A DNA stretch of 28,539 nucleotides from NCBI RefSeq assembly GCF_006345805.1, contig NW_021833569.1, positions 1 to 28,539 on the forward strand, read 5' to 3'. The position numbers and the translations under genes were made by a program. This DNA is from Octopus sinensis (taxonomy: Eukaryota). Positions 1-10,729 of the stretch are shown piece after piece. Under the pieces are notes generated by a model. It did not search any database, was not told the origin of the DNA, and saw only the letters and a program-made list of their open reading frames with translations. Every line of letters begins with the position of its first letter. The first letter of the stretch is position 1.

Positions 1-22
1 TATATATATATATATATATATC

Positions 23-105
<83 letters not shown>

Positions 106-363
106 TAAGATAGATAGATAGATAGATAGACAGATGTTAGTAAACAGTTGTATATATATGTGTGTATGTATATATATATATACATATACATATATACACA
201 CACACATTTATATGTAGTTGTATACTTATATATCGTTGTATGTTTATGTAGTTGTGTATAATGTGTATGTTTGTGTGTATATACATATATATATATATAC
301 ATACATATTTACATATATACATACATATATATATATATAAATGTATATACATTTATGTGTGTG

Positions 364-399
<36 letters not shown>

Positions 400-526
400 T
401 ATACGTATATATATTTATATATACACTATATATATTTTATATATTTATATATATTTATATATATGTGTGGTATATATCTATTTATGGTATTTTTATATAT
501 GTATGTATGTGTGGTATATATATATA

Positions 527-571
<45 letters not shown>

Positions 572-620
572 TTATATATTTGTATGTATGTATATTTATA
601 TATGTGTGTGTATGTGTATA
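1..620. repeat. Compound microsatellite (TA)n/(GA)n/(GACA)n/(GATA)n/(TG)n
   Basis: Seen directly. It explains the YI/VC-rich ORFs at 25-860. Confidence 0.97.
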
Positions 621-951
621 TCTTATTTCGTCTTTTCATTGTATATCCGTCCATTGTGCCATATTTCTATAGTAATCGGGTGTAGGTGTCAGGTGGGTGT
701 GACGGATGATTTATTTGCTGTATGTCCAATGTCCAAATATATTTTACACATGGATGCCCTTCCTACAACTGACCACTCAACTATGAAGTTGAAATTCCAC
801 TTAGTTTCTTCTTTTTTCGAGTTTTTTCTCTTTTATTACCCTGTGGTGAATGTCAGATGATCAGAAACAGTGATCCTTGTCCTTAGTTGTCCTACATTTT
901 GCCCTCACAGGCACTGTGTCCTCTATGAAACTCTCTCTCTCTCTCTCTTTC

Positions 952-994
<43 letters not shown>

Positions 995-996
<2 letters not shown>

Positions 997-1042
997 CATC
1001 ATCATCATCGTTTAACGTCCGTTTTCTGCGCTAGCACGGGTT
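995..1042 (-). mobile_element. 3' tail fragment of RTE-tailed SINE/LINE
   Basis: Reverse complement is aacccgtgctagcgcagaaaacggacgttaaacgatgatgatgat, nearly identical to the plus-strand tail at 13816-13869. Confidence 0.85.
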
Positions 1043-1051
1043 TGTGTGTGT

Positions 1052-1344
1052 GGAGGCGCAATGGCCCAGTGGTTAGGGCAGCGGACTCGCGGTTGTAGGA
1101 TCGCGGTTTCGATTCCCAGACCAGGCGTTGTGAATGTTTATTGAGCGAAAACACCTAAAGCTCTACGAGGCTCCGGCAGGGAGTGGTGGCGATCCCTGCT
1201 GTACTCTTTTGCCACACTCACTCTTTCTTCTGTTGGCCTGCTCGCTTAGCCAGCGGGGTGGCGTCATTTGGAGGCTAAAACAATGCGAAGCGCATTGTGA
1301 CCAGCGATGTGTAGCAACATCTGATAGCCTGGTCGGTGATGGTG

Positions 1345-1346
<2 letters not shown>
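1052..1346 (+). mobile_element. tRNA-derived SINE, near full length (single copy of this family in the window)
   Basis: tRNA-like head ggaggcgcaatggcccagtggttagggcagcggactc with A box tggcccagtgg (1062-1072) and B box ggtttcgattccc (1105-1117). It has a non-tRNA body and a short (GGTGAT) tail. It resembles recalled octopus SINE consensus (unverified). Confidence 0.85.
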
Positions 1347-1381
<35 letters not shown>

Positions 1382-1504
1382 CACATATATTTTATGTATA
1401 TATACATACGCATATACCTATATATATATAGTATCAAAGAAATCACAGTGCAGGAAAAACAGACCATTTCAGATGATGGCTGTATGAGTGTGTGTGTGTG
1501 TGTT

Positions 1505-1927
1505 TTTATCTTTAACTGGTTTCAGTCATTGGACTGCAGCCACGCTGGGAAATGACCTTGAAGGGCTTAGTGAAACAAACTGAACCAACACTAGTAATTA
1601 TTTTTATATGTAGTACTTTTTCTATCAGTTTCTTTTACAGGGACATAAACAAACCAACACCATTCAGTTGCCATCTGGTGTGTTTGTGTTGGAAGCAAAC
1701 ACACGACAAAGAGACACACACACATACGCACACACATGCACCCCCACCCCAACACACAGACAGATATATGATAGGTTTTGACACAGTTCCTGTTTATCAA
1801 ATTCACTCATATTGGTTGGAGACATATAGTAGGAGGCACTTGTCCTAAGGTGCCTCACAATGGGACTGAACCTGAGACCATGTAGTTGCAATGTGAGCTT
1901 CTTAACTATATAGGCAAAGCCTCTGCA
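1505..1927 (-). mobile_element. Degenerate full-length tRNA SINE (main family)
   Basis: Tail (tttcagtcattggactgcagccacgctgg), body and head (gggactgaacctgagaccatgt) align with the young copy at 18532-18993. Confidence 0.8.
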
Positions 1928-2716
1928 TGTGTGTGTGTGTGTGTGTGTATGTGTGTATATTATATATAATAATATATATATGTATGTATATGTATGTATA
2001 TATATATATATATATATGCATCTATGAGTACAGGACGTCACCAACTGTGTAAACAACATGAAATATGAAAACAAACTCTTTGCTGTTCTTCCTTGGTGAA
2101 AGGCCTCCCTTTCCCAGTTCTTGTTAGTTTTGAATCATTGATGCCTCTCTTTGTAGGTAGGCCCTATTGAGACCCATTTTTACTTCTCAGAAAAGGTTGT
2201 TCATATTAGTATGGCCTCTGTCCATTGGCTTATCTAGTATGAAAGGCTAGCCCTACCAAGAGCTTGTGCTCCACTGGCCCAGCTATCATGGTCACTAAGG
2301 CATATAAGCCACCACAGCACAACAAGGATTAAACCTTGTGATGTAATCCTCTCCTCTGCCTTTGATTATATCTGGGGGTGAGGCACCCATCAGATTTATT
2401 GCTGTGAATCAAGTACTTTCATTATTATTAAAACTGCTTCATCGCAAAAAAAGTGGGATTTTAGATTCACTTGATGTGTGTCCCCTCCAGGCCTTCAAAG
2501 GTATATTGAGTCACAGCAGTTGGAAAAATAAAGGCATTGCAACTGAGAGGTGTCATCTGGCTCAGCCAGCCCTTAAGGCAAATATACAAATGAAGAAATT
2601 AAACAGGAAAAAAAAAAATTATTGATTGTTTTTTTTCTGTTATTGCCAGGTCGGCAGGAAGGGGCAGTGCCCAATGGCCTTTGCAGGCTCTTCTTAGGTC
2701 TTTTAGATTTCATATG

Positions 2717-3105
2717 TTAACTTTTGTGTTGCCACATTTTTGTCAAATTTCAATGCATTTGTTCTCAACTAATTTTTTAAATAAGGAAGAATTTAATAAA
2801 ATAATTTTGTCATTATTTGGGGTTTGGAACATGGATTAATATGAAATTTTGATAGAAGGTTTTAATTTTGGTCTCTTAAAGCCTTTTGTTACCATATTTC
2901 TGCAGAAATACACTGCCATTCTTTATATCAACTTTGAAAATAAGGTAGAATTTAGTAAACTAACTTTGTCATAATATTAAGTTGGTGCTTGGTACATAAA
3001 TGAACATGAGGTTTTGATGGAAGGTTTTTAATTTAGAACACTTTAACCCTTTTGTTACCATATTCCTATTGAAACACACTGCCTTTTTTTTAATTAATTT
3101 TCATT
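2717..3105. repeat. About 165-bp tandem repeat (about 2.4 units), each starting with a TTAACCCTT-like motif; probably piggyBac-MITE derived
   Basis: Units start at 2717 (ttaacttttgtgttgcc), 2876 (ttaaagccttttgttacc) and 3043 (ttaacccttttgttacc). They share internal blocks agaatttagtaaa-taactttgtcat and ttttgatggaaggttttaattt. Confidence 0.7.
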
Positions 3106-3149
3106 TCCCTCTCTCTCTCGGAGCAGCTATACACACACACATACACACA

Positions 3150-3306
3150 TGGCAGTAACTTCCGCCTACCAAATTCAATCACAAAGCTTTGGTCAGCTCG
3201 GGGCTATGGTAGAAGACATCTGCCCAAAGTGCCATGCAGTGGGACTGAACCTGAAACCATGTAGCTAGAGCTAGGAAGCAAGCTCCCTAACCACACAGCC
3301 ATGCCC
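3150..3306 (-). mobile_element. 5' half of main-family SINE
   Basis: gggactgaacctgaaaccatgt...ctaaccacacagccatgcc is the reverse complement of the SINE head seen at 15936. Confidence 0.8.
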
Positions 3307-3400
3307 GTTTTAATTAATTTAGAGTAGAAAAGAATATTTATTGGGGAGCCTTGATCACCAACACCCTACAAGCTAATACCAAACTAGGTATGCTCTAGGT

Positions 3401-3567
3401 CTACCGTGGGCAAACTGGGGCCTGTGAGACTTTCTGAATGGCTCATCTAACTTCATAAGGAAAATAACATTTATTAAAATTATCTTAAATTTTTTTAGTA
3501 GTGTGGCCGACTTGATGATGAGCCATGTCTCATGTGGCCCACTTCTTGGAAAGGGTTGTCCATGTGA
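3401..3567. mobile_element. hAT (Charlie-like) MITE with 8-bp TSD
   Basis: Direct repeat ctctaggt at 3393-3400 and 3568-3575. Degenerate TIRs are ccgtgggcaaact and agggttgtccatg, with subterminal ggcc/gtggcccac motifs. Confidence 0.6.
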
Positions 3568-4029
3568 CTCTAGGTACCCCATTTGTCTTGTTTACTGCTA
3601 CTATAAATGTCTTTGCTCTTTTCTTCACCCACCCAAAATTCTTCACCCACCACTCAACCATTCTACTACATAACATAAACCAATTCCATGCTTTCCCTCC
3701 CCTCACTCTCCTCCTCCTCTCCTTCCTTCCTCTCCTTCTACGAAGCCCCAGACCTGTACTGAAGGAAAACAAGCAGCATGACCTAACTCTTTTGCTCTTG
3801 TTACAACATCAGTTCCCCTTCTTGCCCTCCCTAATGTCTTCCCCTTCTGCACCAAGTCAAGTCCCATCTCTCCTACCTCTATTTCATAAATGTGTGTATG
3901 TGTGTATGTTCCCTCCACCTCCTCAATTAACCCTCACCCTGCTTAACTGTCAACACTTCAAAAGCAACATTAGTAACTATACTGATTCCCCACCCCTTTG
4001 CTCCAATTAACCCCTCCACCCGGCATAGT

Positions 4030-4094
4030 GCATAGTGTGTGTGTGTGTGTGAATGTGTGTATGCATGTGAATGTTTGTATGTGAGGGTGTGAGA

Positions 4095-4125
<31 letters not shown>

Positions 4126-4385
4126 TGTTTGTACGAATGTGTGTGCATGTGTGAATGTGTGTGTATGTGTGAATGTGTGTGTGCATGTGTGAATGTGTGT
4201 TTTCTGTATGTGCGAATGTGTGTGTGTATGTGTGCATGTGTGTGTGTGTGGATATGTGTGTGAGTTTGAATGTGTGTGTGTGAGTGTGTGTGTTTGTGAA
4301 TGTGTGTATATGTGTGAATGTGCGTGTGTGTATTTGTGAATCTGTGCACATGTGTGTGTGTTTGTTTGTGTGTGTGTGTACATAG
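4030..4385. repeat. Degenerate (TG)n with recurring GTGAAT interruptions
   Basis: Seen directly. It is the source of the HT-rich minus ORFs. Confidence 0.95.
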
Positions 4386-4394
4386 CCTCCACCC

Positions 4395-4615
4395 CGTGTC
4401 TTGACATTACATGACAGTTGAAAGCGAGTGTTCTCATTGTCATACAAGTGATGTTTGTTTCCTGTATTAGTCTGGAAACTGGCGAGGGTTGGCAACAGGA
4501 AGGGCATCCAGCTGTAGAAACAAAATCTACCTCAACAAACTGTGTCTGACCCATGAAAGCATGGTAAAAATGCATGTTATAATGACAATGATGATGATAG
4601 TGATGATGATGATGG
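4395..4615 (+). mobile_element. 3' part of RTE-tailed SINE (variant body)
   Basis: gagtgt..tcatacaagtg..ggaagggcatccagctgtagaaa..gacccatgaaagcatgg followed by (GAT)n. It is homologous to 27505-27738. Confidence 0.75.
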
Positions 4616-4804
4616 TCAGGATGAGGCCAACGCTGATGAAGATGTGGGTGACTATGATATATACACATATTTTCTTTTATTTTTTTTAACATTGGCCTTT
4701 CGTCAACCACCCCTAATCTCTCTGCCATCCTTACACACAACCACATGCACTCTCTTGCACACACACACACACACACACATGCATATGTATGTGTAAACAT
4801 AAAT

Positions 4805-5345
4805 TAGGCACCATCACCACCGCCACCACCACCACTATTCACTCCTACACTCCAGTCTCACCACCACCAGCAACACCATTGCTGCCCTACCTTCACCCCA
4901 ACTACTAACATCACCATAACCACCCCAGGTGGACCATCTCCATCCATCCCCACCACCATTTCGCACACGGCAACCGATCCCCATCACCACCACCACCACC
5001 ACCATCTTCACCTCTACCTGCTCCACTCCTATCACCATTATCTCCACAACCATTGCCAGTACTAGCACCACCACTGCTATTGTACACCACCACCACCACT
5101 ACCACCACCACCACTACCACCAAATACTACCACTATCAACACTACCACCACCACCATCACCTTCACCACCACCTTCACCACCACCATCATCACCACCACC
5201 ACTAGCACCTTCACCATCACCATCATCCCAACCATAATTACCACAGCAGCCATGACCATCAGTATCACCAACTATGATCAACAAACTGCCACCAACAATG
5301 ACCACCACCAACAACAACCCCCTCCCCCCACACCCACCACCACAC
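4805..5345. repeat. Degenerate (CAC)n/(CAT)n trinucleotide array
   Basis: Seen directly. It gives the poly-T/P/H/V/G ORFs. Confidence 0.95.
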
Positions 5346-5809
5346 CACCATCATCTCCATCTTTTGGTGTCCTTTATGGCAGATTGAAATCCATCTTGAA
5401 GAAAGATCCTCCTTTCACTTGCTGGATTAATTCTGGTGTTGTTTTTTTTTATTCATTCCCCCACCCCTTTCTATACCCTTTCCACCCTTTTGTCTCTTCA
5501 CCTTCACCTCACCCTGCTCTGTCTACAGTTTTGTTGTGTCTCTCCTTCACCCTCTCCCACTTCTGTCTCTCTCCCTCTCTGACTTTCTCTCTCTTTTTCT
5601 TTTCTTTCTTCTGTATCATTGCTAGTCTGAAGGTGAGATGTGGGGTGCCCCCCTCCCCCAACGAGGGCAGGTCAGAGTGGGGTGGTGGTGGTGTGGTGGA
5701 GGAGAGGGAAGTTAACAATGTGATGGTGTAAGCAGTGGAGGGGGAGGATTTAAAAAAGAGTGGGTCGGGTGGGAGGCTATTAGTTTCTTCCACAACCTCT
5801 TCTTTATAC

Positions 5810-6006
5810 CCCACCACCACCGCCGCCGCCACCGCCACCACAGTCCGGTCACCCTCGTATTTATTTATCTTTTTTTTAACATTTGTTTTTTTTAGTCCAT
5901 ACTTTTCTGCTAGCACCAAAACCACCACCACCACTACCACGACTAGCACCATCACCACCATCACAAACAGCAACACCACCACCACCACCAACTCAACCAC
6001 AACCGC

Positions 6007-6037
<31 letters not shown>

Positions 6038-6230
6038 GAGATTATCACCACCACTATCACCACCACGACCACCACTGCCACAACCACCACCTCCACCATT
6101 GCCACAACCACCACTTCCACCACTGCCACAACCACCACCTCCACCACTGCCACAACCACCACCATTGCTGCCATCATCATCATCACTATCCCTCCTCCCA
6201 TCATCATCATTACACATGAATACCAATTTC
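5810..6230. repeat. (CAC)n/(CAT)n array
   Basis: Seen directly. Confidence 0.95.
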
Positions 6231-6359
6231 CAATGTCCTCCCCACCCACTTCCTGGCATTGCATTTTCCACTCACACTTCCCCACCCTGCTTTCAGCATC
6301 ACTTCATTTCCCCCTACCTACCCCACGTACCCCTTACCCTGCTTCCATAATGAGGAACG

Positions 6360-7640
6360 GATTTCATTCATTAGATTTGTCACTCACGCACTCTTGCTCA
6401 TTCACTCCTTTGCTCTTTCACTCATTTACTCAAATCATTAATACATTCACTCATTCATTCATTCACTTATTCGTTTACTCTTTTCTTCATTCCCCACCTC
6501 TCTCCCTCTCTTTCATTTATTCTTGCTCATTCATCTCTTGCTTTTTCATTCATTCACTCAAATCATTCATTCACTCTCTCAGTCATTCACTTATTCACTA
6601 ACTCTTTTTCTTATTCCCTAGCTCTCTCCTTCTTTTTCATTCATATAATTCACTCTTGCTCATTCACTCTTTTACTCTTTCATTCATTCACTCAAATCAT
6701 TCATTCATTCATTCACTTATTCACTCACTCTTCCTTTTATTCCCTAGCTCTCTCCCACTCTTTCATTCACTTATTCAGTTTTCCCTTACTCTCATTTACC
6801 CTCTCATTCATTCACTCTCTCTTTCATTCACTCATTTATTCACTCTTTCTCTCTCCCTAATTCATTCATTCTCACACTCACATGCTCATTCATTCACTCT
6901 CTCTTTCATTCACTCACTTATTCACTCTTTCTCTCTCCCTAATTCATTCATTTCTCCACTCACACGCTCATTCATTCACTCTCCTCTTTCATTCACCCTC
7001 ACTTATTCACTCTTTCTCCTCCCTAATTCATTCATTCTCATCTCCCACTACATTCTCCTTCTTCATTCAATCTCTCTTTCATTCAATCACTTATTCACTC
7101 TTTCTCTCTCCCTAATTCATTCATTCTCCCACTCACATGCTCATTCATTCACTCTCTCTTTCATTCACTCACTTATTCACTCTTTCTCTCTCCCTAATTC
7201 ATTCATTCTCCCACTCACATGCTCATTCATTCATTCAATCTCTCTTTCATTCACTCACTTATTCACTCTTTCTCTCTCCCTAATTCATTCATTCTCCCAC
7301 TCACATGCTCATTCATTCATTCAATCTCTCTTTCATTCACTCACTTATTCACTCTTTCTCTCTCCCTAATTCATTCATTCTCCCACTCACATGCTCATTC
7401 ATTCATTCAATCTCTCTTTCATTCACTCACTTATTCACTCTTTCTCTCTCCCTAATTCATTCATTCTCCCACTCACATGCTCATTCATTCATTCAATCTC
7501 TCACACTCACTAATTCATTCACTCCTTCACACACATTCATTCATTCATTCATTCATCCTCTCACACACTCTTCACTCACTTTCTCAATCACTGTTCAATC
7601 ACTCAATCACTCAATCCGCCCCCACACACACTCTCTCACT
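6360..7640. repeat. TCAT/TCAC/TC low-complexity tract containing an 86-bp minisatellite
   Basis: The anchor ATG (in acatgctc) recurs at 7137, 7219, 7305, 7391 and 7477, giving periods 82, 86, 86, 86. A related unit lies at 6882. Confidence 0.92.
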
Positions 7641-7659
7641 TTCACTTTCACTAACTCAC

Positions 7660-7905
7660 ATACTCCAGCCACCACCGCCACCACCTCCACCATCAGCGCC
7701 ACCGCTGCCGCCCCCGCCACACCCACTACCACCACCACCACCACCACTACTACTGCCACCTCTTCCTCCTCCTCCACCATCATCCAGCTAAGTTAGCTTT
7801 GTTATCTGAAATCTTTGTCTGCTGGCTCAAAGATTCTTTCCTCAAGCATGTAACCACCCCAACAATTACTACAACGCACATGCACACACACACATACACA
7901 CACAC

Positions 7906-7943
<38 letters not shown>

Positions 7944-8200
7944 ACGCACGCACACACACTCTCACACACACACACACACGCACACACACACACACACACA
8001 CACATACACACTCACACATGCACACAGACACACACACACAGACACACACGCACACATATACACACACATACACACACACACACACACTCACGCACACACA
8101 CTCACGCACACACACTCAAACAATGCATACACATACACACATGCACCTACACAAACACACACGTGTACACACATGCACATTCACACACATACAAAAGTGC
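7660..8200. repeat. (CAC)n then long (CA)n
   Basis: Seen directly. Confidence 0.95.
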
Positions 8201-8299
8201 ATACATGCACACAGTTCTACCCTAGCTGCTTCCGCCCGACCAGCTTGTTCTTTTGCACACTGACACATACCACGATCTTCCTTTTCTTTCCATTTGTCT

Positions 8300-8518
8300 A
8301 TATCAGTGTGTCACACACACACACACACACACCACACACACACACACACACACCACACACACATACACACATACACACATACACACATACATATATGCAT
8401 ATAAAAATAGATAAAGAGATACATCAGCAGATAAAGATATTTATCAAATTTTTTTTTTACAAGGGAAACATTGACAGTGACTTCAAAGTTTCAGCTTGTG
8501 CAAAATAAAATAGTAATC

Positions 8519-8579
<61 letters not shown>

Positions 8580-8616
8580 TATATATTATATATATGTGTG
8601 TGTATATATACAATAT

Positions 8617-8659
<43 letters not shown>

Positions 8660-8691
8660 TATATATGTATATATATATATATATACTATAC

Positions 8692-8769
<78 letters not shown>

Positions 8770-8950
8770 AATTATGTTTATATATGTTATATGCATATGT
8801 ATATATGGATATATATGTATGTGTGTTATGTTTATATATACAAAATATAAAATTTCTATATTTTATGTACTCTCTCCTTTTATATATATATGCATATGTA
8901 CATGTGTGTGTGTGTATGTGTGTGTGCGTGTACATGTATGTGTATGTATG
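8300..8950. repeat. (CA)n/(TA)n/(TG)n compound microsatellite
   Basis: Seen directly. Confidence 0.95.
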
Positions 8951-9148
8951 TTTGCATGTACAGAAAATAGTATTATATCATAGAGATTCATATTAATCTA
9001 GACAGCGCAATCTTGATTAATCTATGCAAGATATTTAACTTGCTGTGCAAGACAACAATTCAAAAGATGCTTACATATATATATATATGCACACACATAT
9101 ATATATATATGTATATATATGTGTGTGCGTGTGTGTGTGTGTGTGTAC

Positions 9149-9451
9149 AGGAGCTGAAGTGGCTGTGTGGTAAGTAGCATCGTTCCGAGCTCAGCCCCAC
9201 TGCATGGCACCTTGGGCCAGTGTCTTCTACTATAGCCTTGAGCCGACCAAAGCCTTGTTGTATGTATGTATGTATGTATGTTTGTGTGTTTGTGTTTGTT
9301 TCTCCTACCATCGCTTGACAACTGATGTTGGTGTGTTTACATCCCCGTAACTTCGCAGTTCGCCAAAAAGAGAATGATAGAATGAATACTAGGCTAAAAG
9401 GTGGTGCTCCAGCATGGCCGCAATCAAATAACTGAAACAAATAAAAGAATA
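9149..9451 (+). mobile_element. Main-family tRNA SINE with internal deletions
   Basis: Head gtggctgtgtggtaagtagc, then ccttgggccagtgtcttctactatagcc, and tail ggtggtgctccagcatggccgcaatcaaataactgaaacaaataaaagaata. Confidence 0.88.
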
Positions 9452-9492
9452 CTCATCATGATCACACACATACACACAGACATTTATATATT

Positions 9493-10052
9493 TGCTGTCT
9501 GGTTAAGAACTTTGCTTTGCAACTTTCTTGGTTTTTGGTTGAGTCCATTTCTGAGCAACTGCCCTCTCCACTATACCTCTGACTGGCCATCAAGGCCTTG
9601 TGAGAGGATTTGATAGATGGAAACTGGAAGCAGCTCTTAATATGTGTGTGTGTATCCCTGTGCTGGTGGCATGTAAAAAGCACGATTCAAGCATGATCGT
9701 TATCAGCATCGCCTTACTGGGACCTGTGCCGGTGACATGTGAAAATCAACATTTGAGCATGGTTGTTGCCAGTGCCGTGGGACTGGCTCTTGTGCAGGTG
9801 GCATGTAAAAAACACCATTTGAGTGTGGTCATTGCCAGTACCATCTGACTGCCCCTCGTGCCAGTGGCATGTAAAAGGCACCCACTAAAACTCTCAGATT
9901 GGTTGGCGTTAGGGCATCCAGCTGTGGAAACTTTGCCAGATCAGATTGGAGCCTGGTGCAGCCTTCTGGCTTGCCAGTCCTCAATCAAACCGTCTGACCC
10001 ATGCCAGCGTGGCAAGCAGACGTTAAATGACGATGATGATGATGATGATGAT
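9493..10052 (+). mobile_element. Full-length RTE-tailed SINE with internal 66-bp tandem repeats
   Basis: Degenerate head, then the central block gccttgtgagaggatttgatagatggaaactg. 66-bp units start at 9660, 9726, 9792 and 9858, followed by tail gggcatccagctgtggaaac...gacgttaaatga(GAT)n. Confidence 0.85.
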
Positions 10053-10729
10053 TATTATTATGATATATATATATATAGATATATTGAATAAGATAGAGTC
10101 AAGAAGGAGTAAGGTTGGACAGTAATTTGTTAATCACTACACAGGCTTCCATAGAACATAGTTCTTCATGTATACAGGTATTTGATTATGCAATGGTTTA
10201 CCTGTATAACAGGATTTAGTTGTATAGATATTTCGAAGGGTGAGTGAGCTCTATTTTGTACTCTGCTACATTCCTAACAGAATATACCTTAAATATATAT
10301 GGATATAGATATAGATTCATACACATATACATATACATACATACTTATATATATATATTAGTTGAGAGACACCTGTTGTATTTGTAATTGTGTAACATTT
10401 TCTCCATTTTTTGTCTGTTGTCATACACATTCACTTGCTTTCTCCTAAAATATTTAATGCTCTTAGCTTTGATTTTTGGGGCCAGCTAGATTTGAACAGT
10501 TTCAAGTGTAACTGTCCGAAACTGTAAGGATAATCTGGAGACTTGACTGAGGAGAGAAGGCTGCAAATGACCTGAGCTTGTTTTTCCTATCTGTCTTTGT
10601 ATCGTCTATCTGTTCAGATGTTTTATTGGCATTTGTTGCATTCTTGTTCCAATTATTTGGAATTATATATACATGTAACAGTGTACATACACTTTTGCCC
10701 ACCTTATATATATATATATATATATATAA

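Noticed and set aside
1052-1125. Possible tRNA gene
   Set aside because: It has A and B boxes but no complete cloverleaf or acceptor stem, and it continues into a SINE body and tail.
2030-2400. Mid-complexity segment that may be an interspersed repeat
   Set aside because: All six frames are interrupted, no termini or TSD were seen, and it cannot be classified without a search.
2362-2625. 87-aa ORF or nearby exon candidates on either strand
   Set aside because: No recognisable homology and weak splice sites.
3525-4010. 161-aa ORF
   Set aside because: It begins inside the hAT MITE and runs through CT-rich low complexity, and its composition reflects pyrimidine bias.
6830-7500. CRISPR-like array
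   Set aside because: Contiguous tandem units with no unique spacers, in a eukaryotic context with no cas genes. The same applies to the 66-bp and 45-bp arrays.
25-8996. Many long ORFs (e.g. 252-860, 3970-4800, 5509-6285, 5735-6601, 6656-7369)
   Set aside because: They are translations of di-, tri- and tetranucleotide repeats that lack stops by construction, with no domain signal.
10496-10560. Permuted (type II) hammerhead from GAAAC at 10518 and CTGAGGA at 10547
   Set aside because: Stem II cannot form and stem III is too tight.
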